Of a stretch of 64,000 bases of DNA, positions 44,101 to 56,432 are shown one piece after another. Source of the stretch: Pachysolen tannophilus NRRL Y-2460 (lineage: Eukaryota). The notes under the pieces were generated by a model. It was not told the origin of the DNA. It was given only the letters and a program-made list of their open reading frames with translations, and ran no database searches. Every line of letters starts with the position of its first letter. Positions within the stretch are counted from its first letter, which is position 1. The stretch lies in NCBI GenBank assembly GCA_001661245.1, contig KV454011.1, forward strand, positions 647,498 to 711,497. Direction: 5' to 3'. A program made the translations under genes and the position numbers.

Positions 44101-45630
44101 ATGAAATTTGAGTGGTCTTTAAAAGAGTTTTCAAAAGTATTGGCTATTTTGTCAATTTTATCGCCTTTTGTTAATGCTGATGAATCAAATCCAGCTATTG
44201 CATCGGCGGATTCTGCTGTTGTTAAGTTAACTTCAAAAGATTTTGAATCTTTTATGAAGGAGAATCCTTTGGTTTTAACAGAATTTTTTGCTCCATGGTG
44301 TGGTCATTGTAAAAATTTAGGACCAGAATATCAAGAAGCAGCTGATAAATTAGTTGAAAGAAATATTAAATTGGCTCAAGTGGATTGTACTGAAGAAAAA
44401 GATTTATGTCAAAGTCATGGTATAAGGGGTTATCCAAGTTTAAAGATTTTTAAAGGTATTGATTCAGAACCTGAAGATTATGTTGGTGATAGAAAATCTG
44501 CTGCTATTGTTTCATATATGATTAAACAATCTTTACCAGCTGTTTTAGATGTTAATAGTAATGATGATTTTACTGAATTTATTGAAAATAGTGATGATCC
44601 AGTAGTTGTTCAAGTATTACCTACTAAGATTAAAGATAAATCAATTAATGAAACTTTTTATAATATTGCTGAATCATTAAGAAATAAATTTACATTTATT
44701 TCAACATCAAATGATGAAATTATTAAAAATTATAAAGTTGAATCTTCAAAACCAAAATATCTTCTTTTTAGACCAAATGAAGAATTATCACATTATTCAG
44801 AATTACCAAAAGATCTGAAACTTGATGAAGATACATTAAAAGAATTTATTCAAACAGAATCAAAACCTTTATTTGGTGAAATCACTGGTAATACTTTCCA
44901 AAGTTATGTTGAAGCAAAAGTTCCATTGGCTTATTATTTTTATTCAGATCCAAAGGAAAAAGAAGAAATTTCTAATTTGATTACTAATTTAGCTAAAGAA
45001 TATCGTGGTAAAATCAATTTTGTTGCATTAGATGCTTCTAAATATGGTGCTCATGCAAATAATTTAAATATGAAAGAAGAATTCCCATTATTTGTTATTC
45101 ATGATATTGAAAAAAATTTAAAATATGGTATTGATCAAGAAAAAAATTTTGAAAGTAAATCAATTGAACCTTTTTTGAAAAAATTTATTTCTGGTAAAAT
45201 TGAACCAATAGTTAAATCAGAACCAATCCCAACAAAAGAAGAAGCATCTCAACAAGCTGTAGTTAAACTTGTTGGAAAGACTCATGAAGATTATGTCAAT
45301 GATAAGAAAAAAATTACCTTGGTCAAATATTATGCACCATGGTGTGGTCATTGTAAAAAATTGGCTCCAGTTTTTGAAGAATTGGCTCAGTTGATTAAAG
45401 ATGATGATGCAAATAAAGATAAATATGTAATCGCTGATATCGATGCAACTTTAAACGATGTTCCAGTGGAAATTAGTGGTTACCCAACTTTAATCATGTA
45501 CAGTGACTCTGAACCTGTTGTCTATAAAGGTGCTAGAGATTTAGAAAGTTTAGCCAAATTTATTGGTTATGAAATCGTACCTAAGAGCGAAACAGAATCA
45601 AAGAAAGATTCTCCTCGTGATGAATTATGA
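44101..45630 (+). CDS. PDI1: Protein disulfide isomerase
   Basis: Signal peptide, two APWCGHCK active sites, C-terminal RDEL. Confidence 0.96.
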   Translation: MKFEWSLKEFSKVLAILSILSPFVNADESNPAIASADSAVVKLTSKDFESFMKENPLVLTEFFAPWCGHCKNLGPEYQEAADKLVERNIKLAQVDCTEEKDLCQSHGIRGYPSLKIFKGIDSEPEDYVGDRKSAAIVSYMIKQSLPAVLDVNSNDDFTEFIENSDDPVVVQVLPTKIKDKSINETFYNIAESLRNKFTFISTSNDEIIKNYKVESSKPKYLLFRPNEELSHYSELPKDLKLDEDTLKEFIQTESKPLFGEITGNTFQSYVEAKVPLAYYFYSDPKEKEEISNLITNLAKEYRGKINFVALDASKYGAHANNLNMKEEFPLFVIHDIEKNLKYGIDQEKNFESKSIEPFLKKFISGKIEPIVKSEPIPTKEEASQQAVVKLVGKTHEDYVNDKKKITLVKYYAPWCGHCKKLAPVFEELAQLIKDDDANKDKYVIADIDATLNDVPVEISGYPTLIMYSDSEPVVYKGARDLESLAKFIGYEIVPKSETESKKDSPRDEL

Positions 45631-46278
45631 GTGAGTCAACAAATTGTTAAGAGCTTTCCGGTTAAAATCTTAATTTTTTTTTTTTTTTTTTTGTTTGCTT
45701 TTTTTTATAATTATTTTAATCTTATTTTATAAGGGGATTTAGTTTTCTTTTCTTTTAAGATTACTGTCTGAAGAAGTAGAAGAAGAAGAAAATCATTTAA
45801 CTTATCTTGGATACTGTATAATCAAAGTATTTATTTTAAAAACTTCAATTGAATTTGTAGTGTAGTGAATAAATGAGTTTTTTAAAAATATCACTAAATG
45901 TACCTTAAAAATAGAATTTTTTGTTGATTCTTTGCTACTTTAATTCCTTTCAAATCGAAACAAGAAATACAAAATAGTGATTTTTTTTGCATATTGAATT
46001 GTTTTATATCTATTATCAAAGTGAATTTATTTGAAGCTAAGAAGACTGTGAATTGATTTATTGTGGAAGAAGTAAGCTGGAACAAGGCAAAAATCAAAAA
46101 TAAAAAAGAAAAAAGAAAAGAAAAGAAAAGAAAAAACCAACACACACACATAAAAACCTTGCTACTTTATTGGTGAATCATTTTAAAAAATAACATTATA
46201 TTATTAAAAGTTGCCTCTGAACAAAGAGGATTATTATTAATTTGATAGAAGAGGAAGAAATAAAAAAAAGAAAAAAGA

Positions 46279-47985
46279 ATGGCACCGATCAATGGATTAT
46301 CGGATTCTTCTGATTTATCATTGCAGTTGCGTTCAAATGAGAATAATAATTCTAAAATTACCCATCTGTTGGATAAAGAAGAAAAATATGGTCATTTTAA
46401 AAAATTAGAGATTTTACGATTGATAACTCAATGTTTGGATGATTTAAATTATAAGGAATTTTCTAGTCAATTGAAACAGATTGAAGGTAATTCAAATGAT
46501 AATAATGTTGAAATATTTATGAATTATATTAAAATTGGAAATTTCAAGGAAGCAGAAGTATTAGTTGAAAGTTTAAATTTAATTCATCTATCAAATCCTG
46601 GTGATATTATAATTGATATTCATGAAGAAGAAAAAAATCCAAATATATATAGTTATTTAAAATTGAAATATTTAATTAGAAAACAAATATTTTTAGAACT
46701 TTTATTAGGTTCAAATGATCATTCAACTGCTATTTCATTTTTAAGATCTCTGTTTCAAGATTTAAGATTACATCCAGATGAAATAAGAATACTATCTTCA
46801 TTAATGTTGTTGAATGAAAAGGATATTTTGAAATTAAATAAAATAGGTTGGTATGATAGTGTTGAAAATTCAAGAATTAAATTATGTGAAGAAATAAGTA
46901 AAATGATTTCTCCAGATACTTTATTACCTAGTAATAGATTATTGACTTTATTAGAACAATCAATTAATTATCAAAAATCCCAAAATTTGTATTATTTAAG
47001 AGATAAGCAGAAAGGTGAGGAGACTTATCCTTTATATCAAGATTTAAAATTTGATAAATCTAACTTTCCAACACGTTGTATACTGCAATTAAATTATCAT
47101 AATGATGAAGTATGGTTTGTCAAGTTTAGTTATAGTGGTCGATATCTTTGTTCAACTTCAAAAGATTCAAAAGTTATAATATACGATGTTATGAATGATT
47201 TTAGTATTAAACATGAATTATTAGGATCTACAAAATCCGTATTATATGCCTCATGGTCACCTGATGATAAAGTTTTATTAACTTGTGGTATGGACTTATA
47301 TTTTAGACTTTGGGATGTTGAATCAGGACAACAATTAAAAAAAATCAAATTTTATGAAACAGTTCGTGTTTGGTCATGTGAATGGTTACCGGATTCTAGT
47401 GGTTTTATAACTGCATCACCAGATAAAAAATTGGTTTGGTTTGAATTTAATAGTAAAACTAATGACTGTAAAGAACTTTATAATTGGGATTTATCTCAAA
47501 GAATTGAAGATTTATCAATTACTAAAGATGGTACAAAATTATTGACTATAACTTATAATCAAATGTTAGAAATTTATGATTTAAATACAAAATTGAAGAT
47601 TCAATCTATTAATATTGGTAAAAAATTAACATCAATAACAACTTCACAAGATTCAAAATATTGTATTATTAATGTTTCTCCGGAGGAAATTCAACTTTGG
47701 GACATTATAGAATTCAAATTAATTTCAAGATTTTTTGGTCAACAACAACAAAATTATGTCATTAGATCTTGTTTTGGAAATTGGGATGAAAGTTTTATAT
47801 TAAGTGGTTCTGAAGATGGTAGAATTTATATTTGGAACAGGCATTTTTGTAATTTGATCTTTGCATTGGATGGTCATAAGGGATTGGTCAATGGTGTTGA
47901 TTGGAACAAGAATGGAGAAGGTTATTACGGTAAAATCTTTGCAAGTGCTGGCGATGATAAAACCGTTAGGATATGGGGTGTTTGA
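46279..47985 (+). CDS. GID7: GID/CTLH complex WD40 subunit (WDR26-like)
   Basis: LisH (EILRLITQCL.DL.Y), CTLH, LP..RL.TLLEQ, then WD40 repeats (H.DEVWFVKFS, YVIRSCFG, SGSEDG.IYIW). Confidence 0.88.
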   Translation: MAPINGLSDSSDLSLQLRSNENNNSKITHLLDKEEKYGHFKKLEILRLITQCLDDLNYKEFSSQLKQIEGNSNDNNVEIFMNYIKIGNFKEAEVLVESLNLIHLSNPGDIIIDIHEEEKNPNIYSYLKLKYLIRKQIFLELLLGSNDHSTAISFLRSLFQDLRLHPDEIRILSSLMLLNEKDILKLNKIGWYDSVENSRIKLCEEISKMISPDTLLPSNRLLTLLEQSINYQKSQNLYYLRDKQKGEETYPLYQDLKFDKSNFPTRCILQLNYHNDEVWFVKFSYSGRYLCSTSKDSKVIIYDVMNDFSIKHELLGSTKSVLYASWSPDDKVLLTCGMDLYFRLWDVESGQQLKKIKFYETVRVWSCEWLPDSSGFITASPDKKLVWFEFNSKTNDCKELYNWDLSQRIEDLSITKDGTKLLTITYNQMLEIYDLNTKLKIQSINIGKKLTSITTSQDSKYCIINVSPEEIQLWDIIEFKLISRFFGQQQQNYVIRSCFGNWDESFILSGSEDGRIYIWNRHFCNLIFALDGHKGLVNGVDWNKNGEGYYGKIFASAGDDKTVRIWGV

Positions 47986-48720
47986 AAATCAATAATAATA
48001 AAGTAGGCATGATAAATGGGTAGATAGGTAGGTGGGTCAATTTGGTCAATTGGGTCGATTTCATCAGAAATCACTTGGTGTTTTTATCTTTTTTTTTTTT
48101 TTTTTTTTTACTTTTATTGATAGCTAATTTTACTTTTATTATTTTTATCATTATTATACATCTCTTTTTTATTTTTTTTTTATTATTACTGATAATTTAG
48201 CTGTTTGGCTTGGTCTATTTGTTTAATGAAGGTAACTTTTTTCTTATTTCATTTTTTTTAATTGATGTTTTTTCTGCAATTTATAACCTATAAATAAGTT
48301 AAATTTTTAGAAAAAAAAAGAAAAAATTACTAATTACTGAAAAAGTCTATATAATAATCTTATCCAATTTTCTTTCAGAAATACGTCTTATCAAATACAA
48401 TTGCAGTGAATCAATTCCAAGTAATTTAACAAAACTCTATGTTGTTCTCCATCTATCGATCTATCGATCTATCTATCGATCTACCCCAGGTTTAAAAAGA
48501 GTTTATTTTTGTCGTCTGCTACTATTTTTGGTTTTTGTTTTACCCAAATAGGATATGTCCTGTTTGGGAAATTAAATCTTGTTTTTTTTTTTTTGAAATT
48601 TTCCAAAAAAAATAATTTTGAGCATTTCAACACGACTTTATAAAAATCTTGGTCGTGTTTGTGAGCACAAAAATTTTGTTTTTTTTTTTATTTTTTTATT
48701 TTTGATTTTGGCTCTTAATG

Positions 48721-48728
48721 TTGCCACT
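48721..48728 (-). promoter_or_regulatory. Rpn4/PACE-like element AGTGGCAA upstream of RPN11
   Basis: TTGCCACT, identical to the 8-mer upstream of RPT4. Confidence 0.65.
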
Positions 48729-48874
48729 GCTGATTTTACCAAGTAAGTAAGGGAACCTGTGTTGAACAACGGAATAATTGTAATAATATTGATTGACACT
48801 GACGGCGGTAACAAATATATCAAAGAGATTATTAGTAGATTATTAGTGGATTGAAGAGATAATAGTGAGATATA

Positions 48875-49807
48875 ATGGATAGATTGCAACGGTTATTAGG
48901 ACAGGCTAATGGTCTTGGGGCTCCACCTCCAACAGATGGACCTGCAATTGATAACGCTGAAACGGTTTATATATCTTCTTTGGCTTTATTGAAGATGTTG
49001 AAGCATGGTAGAGCTGGGGTTCCGATGGAGGTCATGGGGTTGATGTTGGGTGAATTTGTGGATGATTATACTGTTCATGTTATAGATGTATTTGCAATGC
49101 CTCAGTCGGGTACTGGTGTTTCTGTTGAAGCTGTTGATGATGTTTTCCAGACCAGAATGATGGATATGTTGAAACAGACTGGAAGAGATCAAATGGTTGT
49201 TGGTTGGTACCATTCACATCCTGGGTTTGGGTGTTGGTTGTCATCTGTTGATGTTAATACTCAACAGTCTTTTGAACAATTGAATAAAAGAGCAGTGGCG
49301 GTTGTTGTTGATCCAATTCAATCTGTTAAAGGTAAAGTTGTTATTGATGCTTTTAGATTGATCAATTCTACAACTTTAATGATGGGACAAGAACCAAGAC
49401 AGACAACTTCGAATGTTGGGCATTTGAACAAACCATCAATTACTGCTTTAATTCATGGATTAAATCGTCATTATTATTCTTTAAATATTGATTATAGAAA
49501 AACACCAAATGAAATTGGAATGTTATTAAATTTACATAAGAAAGAATGGCAATCCGGATTACAATTAAACGATTATGAAGAAAAGGAAAAATCAAATATT
49601 GAAGCAACAAGAAAAATGGTGAAAATAGCAGAACAATATGTTCAAAGAATTCAAGAAGAAAAAGAATTGTCAGAAGAACAATTGAAAACTCGTTATGTCG
49701 GTAAACAAGATCCAAAGAAACATTTGACCGAAACAGCAGAGAGTAGGTTAGAAGAAAATATAGTTTCAATTGTATCAGGTAATGTGGATTCGTTAGCAAT
49801 CCAGTAG
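48875..49807 (+). CDS. RPN11: Proteasome lid JAMM deubiquitinase
   Basis: [15 protein letters not shown] and [17 protein letters not shown] (JAMM motif). Confidence 0.98.
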   Translation: MDRLQRLLGQANGLGAPPPTDGPAIDNAETVYISSLALLKMLKHGRAGVPMEVMGLMLGEFVDDYTVHVIDVFAMPQSGTGVSVEAVDDVFQTRMMDMLKQTGRDQMVVGWYHSHPGFGCWLSSVDVNTQQSFEQLNKRAVAVVVDPIQSVKGKVVIDAFRLINSTTLMMGQEPRQTTSNVGHLNKPSITALIHGLNRHYYSLNIDYRKTPNEIGMLLNLHKKEWQSGLQLNDYEEKEKSNIEATRKMVKIAEQYVQRIQEEKELSEEQLKTRYVGKQDPKKHLTETAESRLEENIVSIVSGNVDSLAIQ

Positions 49808-49940
49808 ATGTGGAGTTTTTATACCCTCCTCTTCTCTCTTTTTTTTTCTTTTTTGTTTTGTTTTGTCCTTACTGTTGTTTAAAAGTTCATATTGTTAATT
49901 TCATGAAAATTCATCTATATAAATATTATTATTATTATTA

Positions 49941-51383
49941 TTACATTTTCTCCCAAATTAAAATATAGCTTTCATTTAAAAAAAGTAATTCTTTTTCTAT
50001 TTCTCTTATTTTTAAATTATGAATTTCCAACCAGCTGTTTCTAACTTGATCCAATAATTGAATTTTCCAAGAGTTTTTATCATTATTTTTTTCTTCATCA
50101 GTTGTATTTGAAGAAGGTATCAATTCATATATTACATTTCCAATAAGTTTATAATTTATAGGCAGAATTGGATCTTGCAGATTATTTGAAATATATTTTG
50201 ACATATCCAACATCAATGGGAACTTAACAACAGTTGGATTTCTATTACTACCACTAATTCCAGTAATCTTGGAATCCAGATTATCAAATCTATTAATTGA
50301 TAATATTAAATATTGGGGTAACTGCAATATTTTAAATCTCTTGCCTTGAAAAAATTCATTATTAAATTTATTATTTAATAAAGTCAATAACGAGACTTGA
50401 GGTACTTCAGTTAAACCTGCACCATCTTTAAATAATGAAGAATGAGGTAGATCTAATGAAATTAACCAAAATTTTGAAATTTTGGAATCTATTTTCTCAT
50501 TTTCATTGGACTCAATTTGAACTTTACCTTGAAATAACTTACTTATAATCTTTGAATTTTTATTTTTAAAAAAACTCTGGTTCAAATTATTCAATAACCA
50601 AATTAAAAAATCTTTTGGATCTTTTTGTTTTGCAAGTGTAAAAATTCCATTTGATTTCTTGGAAATAAATTGTAGTAATTCATGTGGTGAAATGTGAGAT
50701 TTAAACAATTTTGATGACCATATTTTCTTCACTGTTAAGGAAAACTGTCTTATTAATTCATCATCACTATCTTGATCTTTAAACAATAACAAATAGTCTC
50801 TCAATTTATTTGCATGGCTTAATGCTTGTATTATAACGTTTGAATAATCATTACAATTAATATTATTTATTCCAATAAAACCTGGTCTATATTTATTGTG
50901 ATTTAAATCACTAGCTAATTCTTTTGATGAGTACAATTGCTTAATCTTCCCACCATCATAATATGGTTCTATTTGATATTTAATATCTTCCAATTGACTT
51001 GTATCTTTTACCTCATAATTCTCAGGTAATATATAAAATTTCAAAGTCTTTAAATTAATAAATACATGATGATTATCATTTATAGAATGGAAAAAAGCAT
51101 GCGATGAATCATGCCTTCCTTGGAAATATTTACCACAACATAAGCAGCTATACACATTGACATTTGAAAGAGAAATAGAACATATTTTCTCAAAATCAAA
51201 ATCTAACTTGAATCTGTTGATGGTCTCCAAATACAGATCTTCAATTGAATTCACATTAGAACCGTGATCATTGATGTTTTCTTTTTCTTCTGATGAGGAA
51301 GAAAGTTCGCTTAAATCTTCAATTTTTTGCCTCTTACGACGCTGTTCATCATGATCTTGGTGATGATTACTAACCGAAACCAT
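49941..51383 (-). CDS. SAD1: Tri-snRNP pseudo-deubiquitinase (USP39)
   Basis: YLETINR..LDFDFEKICS, CL.CGKYFQGR, YILPENYEV; USP fold lacking the catalytic Cys (NDY). Confidence 0.93.
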   Translation of the reverse strand: MVSVSNHHQDHDEQRRKRQKIEDLSELSSSSEEKENINDHGSNVNSIEDLYLETINRFKLDFDFEKICSISLSNVNVYSCLCCGKYFQGRHDSSHAFFHSINDNHHVFINLKTLKFYILPENYEVKDTSQLEDIKYQIEPYYDGGKIKQLYSSKELASDLNHNKYRPGFIGINNINCNDYSNVIIQALSHANKLRDYLLLFKDQDSDDELIRQFSLTVKKIWSSKLFKSHISPHELLQFISKKSNGIFTLAKQKDPKDFLIWLLNNLNQSFFKNKNSKIISKLFQGKVQIESNENEKIDSKISKFWLISLDLPHSSLFKDGAGLTEVPQVSLLTLLNNKFNNEFFQGKRFKILQLPQYLILSINRFDNLDSKITGISGSNRNPTVVKFPLMLDMSKYISNNLQDPILPINYKLIGNVIYELIPSSNTTDEEKNNDKNSWKIQLLDQVRNSWLEIHNLKIREIEKELLFLNESYILIWEKM

Positions 51384-51790
51384 AACTAAGTTTCAACAAT
51401 TTTCTATCTATATCCTGAAAGTCTTTCTTCCTTTGGTTCGACTTGGTTTATAGTTTTAAATACTTTATGAAATATACAAGAGAAAAAAAAATTAAAGAAA
51501 AAAACAAAAAAACAAAAAAGAAAAAGAAGACAAAAAGATTATTCAATATCAGTTGAACATTAAAACCTCATATCTACAGAAATAAGTGATCTTGATCTTT
51601 TTAGATGCAAAATATCAAGATTTTAGATATAACATTACTATAACTTTTCTTATTACTTTACTTTAGCCAAAAAAATAAACCTGTTAACTTTTATTGTACA
51701 AAAGGGTAATCTTTTTTAAACAATTTTACAAAACAGTGATGATTTTCCAGATTTTCCAGACTCTATCATCACACTATTCGGATTTTGAAT

Positions 51791-52699
51791 TCAATATGCT
51801 TTATATGACCTCTCAGGTCCATTCCTGGGATCAGAATCTCCTCTTCTTTCCCTGTATCTGCCGGAATCAGGTACATGTCTGGAACCGTATGATCTTGTGG
51901 ATGATTTTTGATATCCGTTATAACCTCCACTTGTTCCACCTGCTCCTCCTACTCCTCCTCCTCTTCTTCCGCTGTTATGACTAAACCTATCATTATTATA
52001 TCTAGGACGATCATTGTTAATATTTCTACTAAAATGTGTACTATTATATCCACTGCTAGGCCCTGTCGGGAGATTTGATACTTTCTTGGTATAATGTCTA
52101 CCACCTAATCCGCCACCTAAACGTCTTGGTTTCCAATTTTTCATTATTCTCGATCTCTCAATGTCTACCACAATCGATCTATCATTTAATTTTAACCCAT
52201 TACATTCTTTATAGCATTTTCTTGCATCTCTTTCATTTTCATATACTATAAATGCATAACCTTTTGATTTTGAAGTTATCTTATCTTTTACAACTCTTAT
52301 CTTTGAAATATTACCATATTTAGCAAAAGTCTTTTGCAATTCCAATTCTGTTATCGAATAATCTAATCTTCCAATGAAAAGAGTCTTGTATGGATCAGAA
52401 CCAGCTATATGAGGATCTTTAGAAGGATCCCAATTAATTAAATCATTTTGTACTTTCTGTTGTTGTATCAGTTTCTTCTCCTTCTTCAATCTCTGATCTT
52501 TCTGCTGAACACCTTCAGTTGGATTATATCTTATTTCTTCATTGTATTTTGTCACTTCATCAAAGAAAGATGATATTGTCGATATATTTGGTAATCTTCT
52601 TTTTTCTAACGGATAATCAGTTGGTTCCAAGTATTTCACCGGTTGTTTGGGTTCAAATAACTTGTTTATCTTTGCTGGATACGTTGGAGTATCCGACAT
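51791..52699 (-). CDS. SNP1: U1 snRNP 70K
   Basis: WDP..DP....DPYKTLFIGRL, RRM RNP1 KGYAFIVY, WKPRRLGGGLGG; first ATG at 52699. Confidence 0.93.
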   Translation of the reverse strand: MSDTPTYPAKINKLFEPKQPVKYLEPTDYPLEKRRLPNISTISSFFDEVTKYNEEIRYNPTEGVQQKDQRLKKEKKLIQQQKVQNDLINWDPSKDPHIAGSDPYKTLFIGRLDYSITELELQKTFAKYGNISKIRVVKDKITSKSKGYAFIVYENERDARKCYKECNGLKLNDRSIVVDIERSRIMKNWKPRRLGGGLGGRHYTKKVSNLPTGPSSGYNSTHFSRNINNDRPRYNNDRFSHNSGRRGGGVGGAGGTSGGYNGYQKSSTRSYGSRHVPDSGRYRERRGDSDPRNGPERSYKAY

Positions 52700-53032
52700 T
52701 ATTCCAAGAATTATAGAATTATATAGATAAAACAAACAAAGATTCAATCAATTAATGAATCCACATTTATAAAATGTTATTTTGTTATTCGTTAAAAGAT
52801 AAATTTTTTATTACAATATTTTTTACAATTTTTTACAATTTTTTATTTTTTTTTTTCACTAACAATTTATTAGTACAAATTAATTAACTTAAATCTTTAT
52901 ATTAAAAGAAACTAGATAAGATGTAACCAAACCAAAGATCAAAAGTATGACAAGGAAGACTAAAGATACCAGTCAGTGGATGTCATTAAGAAGAATACCA
53001 AGAAAGTAACATAGAATAGCATAGAAGCATCA

Positions 53033-55202
53033 TTAGGCAACAATTTTCTTGCCGCTCAATAAGTGATTTAACAATTCACTGCTAGCACCTATTTGAGGAT
53101 CAATGTTGTTATTGCTAACATTGTTGTGGCCGATATTAACATTAGCCCTTTGTGCATTGTTGAACAATCCTGGTGGAGGTGGAGTAGCTGTACCTCCTTG
53201 ATTCATCTTTAATAAAGTTTCTTTGTGACTTTGTTGCTGCTGGGAAAGTAGTTGTTGTTGATACAATTGCTGTTGGTGTTGCAATAATGCCAATTCCTGT
53301 GGTGTACGGGCTTGCTGCTGTTGTTGTTGTTGCTGTTGTTGCTGGTTGTTGTTAACCAATTCAGCAACTGTACTGAATGGAGTAACACTTTGTTGTTGAT
53401 GTTGCGGAATTGGTTGTACTCTTTGAGGTTGTGGTTGCATATATCTTTCTTGTGACTGTTGTGGTGGTTGTTGATGTGGTTGTTGCTGTGGTGGTTGTGA
53501 ATGTTGTTGTTGTTGTGGTTGTTGTTGGGACTGCTGAGAGAGATTAGAATTTTCCTCAGAGTCAAGTTTGTTAGAAAGTAAAGAATCAACTGAATTTCTA
53601 ACTATTGCATCAAGTTCTTCAGTGGTGTAAGTACTTCTTTTTTGCTTATTATTGTATCTAAATAAAGCTGGAAGTGAATTATAATAAGTTTCATCCAACA
53701 TGGAATTTTTAAATCTTAAATTCAAATTATTGAAATCCAACGAATTTAAATATTTTAATGATTCTTCGATAAATGCAGATACAGTGACAGCATAAAGATT
53801 TGAATCAAAGTATTCATTCAATATATCATCTGAAGAAGATAATAAACCTTTGTGCTTTTCTCTCTTTTTGTTGTACTCCCTAAAGCTACCAGAACCTTGC
53901 TGAGATTGTACAGCTTCTACTAAAGTTGGGAATGATGATAATTCTGGTGTTTCGCCACCATTTCCTCCACCGTTCATCAGGTGTAAATTAGTACTGGACC
54001 CTGCCTTACCCCAAGCAGCTGTGGCAGGTAATGTTGATGTATTGTTTTCATCATCTTCAGGCATCATACCGTAATTCCCACCATTAGAAATATTATTATT
54101 ATTATTGCTCGTATCAAAAATCATACTATTATTATTATTATTAGTAGTAGTAGTAGTAGTAGGAGTAGTAGGAGTATTATGAGCACCGTTCAAGTTTGTA
54201 GATGACAGGATACTGTGTAACCTTGTTGTTGGGCTTGAACCATTTACTGGAGTTGTTGAAGCTGGGATCAATCCATGAACTGCAGATCTTGCTTGAGCTA
54301 TATTTATTCTTCTTGAAGATAATCCTTCTCTTGTATAACTATCAGCTTCTTCACCTGGTTCATGTAAAAACATACAATTTGGATTTGGACAAGGTTGACC
54401 TCTTAAATATGAAGAACAATATTTTGTGGTACCATGAGCAGCTTTTAAAACTCTTCCATCACTTATTGAACCATCTACCAGCTGAATACATTTCAAAGCA
54501 TCCTCTTTTTTAACAAATGTAACATAAACACTTAAACCAGGATTTGAATGTGGATTTGCAGGATTTGGTTGTTTTCTATTTATGACAATTTTTGAAATCT
54601 TTCCATATTGACCAAAATAAGAATCTGATCTTAATAATGCATGTAAATCTTCAGGATTACCAGGAGGATTTAAACCAACAACATAAACCAAATTTTTTTG
54701 TATAACCCTCATACCAGCCAAATGTTTCTTTGAAGCTTGCTCTGCATCTTTTCTTTCCTTTTCCTTTTGCTTTCTTTTTCTTTCTTTTTCAAGTTGTTTT
54801 AATTTTAACAGATTTAATTCCTCTGGTGATAAAACTTTATATTCAACAGTATCTTTACTGTATATCCGACGACACAGAGGACATCTATGATTTAAATCTG
54901 GATTTGAAATGATATTGTTATAACAAAATTGACATATCTGATATCCACAAGGACAAGGTTTAAAATTCTTGTCACTTAAATCCATTTCTTCCACACATAA
55001 AGGACTGATTAATAAAGTAAAAAAAAAAAAAGAAAAAGGTTTAATTGTTAGTACATAATCATATATAACAAATAGCAAAAAAGAATAGAAGAAGAACAAA
55101 AGAAAAAAAATATAAATTTTTAAAATTAAAATTAAAAAAAAAAAAGACTTACCATAAATCCTCTTCTTCATCAGAGATGAAAGTATCATTTACCTCTGCC
55201 AT
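53033..55202 (-). CDS. NOT4: CCR4-NOT RING E3 ligase; 2 exons (55202-55153, 55004-53033)
   Basis: Splicing restores MAEVNDTFISDEEEDL-CPLCVEEMD (C4C4 RING); RRM (RVIQKNLVYVVGL, GTTKYC); CCCH finger; poly-Gln tail. Confidence 0.95.
55005..55152 (-). other. Spliceosomal intron of NOT4 (148 nt, splits the first RING Cys codon)
   Basis: GTAAGT donor at 55152, TACTAAC at 55053-55047, CAG acceptor ending at 55005. Confidence 0.93.
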
Positions 55203-55393
55203 TTTATCAAACTTTTTTAAATCAATAATTATATCTAAACTTTTAATTAAAAAAAAAAATAATTTTATTATTATTATATATATATATATATTATAGTATT
55301 AATTATATAATTTAATACTAATAATCATTACACTATTAGTTTTGCTTCTTTTTTTTTTTTTTTTTATTTTTTTTTTTTTTTCAAAAAACGTTT

Positions 55394-56356
55394 NNNNNNN
55401 NNNNNNNNNNNNNNNNNNNNNNNNNNNNNNNNNNNNNNNNNNNNNNNNNNNNNNNNNNNNNNNNNNNNNNNNNNNNNNNNNNNNNNNNNNNNNNNNNNNN
55501 NNNNNNNNNNNNNNNNNNNNNNNNNNNNNNNNNNNNNNNNNNNNNNNNNNNNNNNNNNNNNNNNNNNNNNNNNNNNNNNNNNNNNNNNNNNNNNNNNNNN
55601 NNNNNNNNNNNNNNNNNNNNNNNNNNNNNNNNNNNNNNNNNNNNNNNNNNNNNNNNNNNNNNNNNNNNNNNNNNNNNNNNNNNNNNNNNNNNNNNNNNNN
55701 NNNNNNNNNNNNNNNNNNNNNNNNNNNNNNNNNNNNNNNNNNNNNNNNNNNNNNNNNNNNNNNNNNNNNNNNNNNNNNNNNNNNNNNNNNNNNNNNNNNN
55801 NNNNNNNNNNNNNNNNNNNNNNNNNNNNNNNNNNNNNNNNNNNNNNNNNNNNNNNNNNNNNNNNNNNNNNNNNNNNNNNNNNNNNNNNNNNNNNNNNNNN
55901 NNNNNNNNNNNNNNNNNNNNNNNNNNNNNNNNNNNNNNNNNNNNNNNNNNNNNNNNNNNNNNNNNNNNNNNNNNNNNNNNNNNNNNNNNNNNNNNNNNNN
56001 NNNNNNNNNNNNNNNNNNNNNNNNNNNNNNNNNNNNNNNNNNNNNNNNNNNNNNNNNNNNNNNNNNNNNNNNNNNNNNNNNNNNNNNNNNNNNNNNNNNN
56101 NNNNNNNNNNNNNNNNNNNNNNNNNNNNNNNNNNNNNNNNNNNNNNNNNNNNNNNNNNNNNNNNNNNNNNNNNNNNNNNNNNNNNNNNNNNNNNNNNNNN
56201 NNNNNNNNNNNNNNNNNNNNNNNNNNNNNNNNNNNNNNNNNNNNNNNNNNNNNNNNNNNNNNNNNNNNNNNNNNNNNNNNNNNNNNNNNNNNNNNNNNNN
56301 NNNNNNNNNNNNNNNNNNNNNNNNNNNNNNNNNNNNNNNNNNNNNNNNNNNNNNNN
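55394..56356. other. Assembly gap (963 N)
   Basis: N run between poly-T tracts. Confidence 0.99.
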
Positions 56357-56432
56357 CTTTTTATTCATTTTCTTTGTTCTGTAATTTTTTTTTTTCTGCA
56401 AGGTATTGAAAAATTATAATTACAGAAATTAT

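Noticed and set aside
49941..55202. SAD1-SNP1-NOT4 as a functional RNA-processing cluster
   Set aside because: Adjacency of housekeeping genes with no shared regulatory signal seen; probably coincidental.
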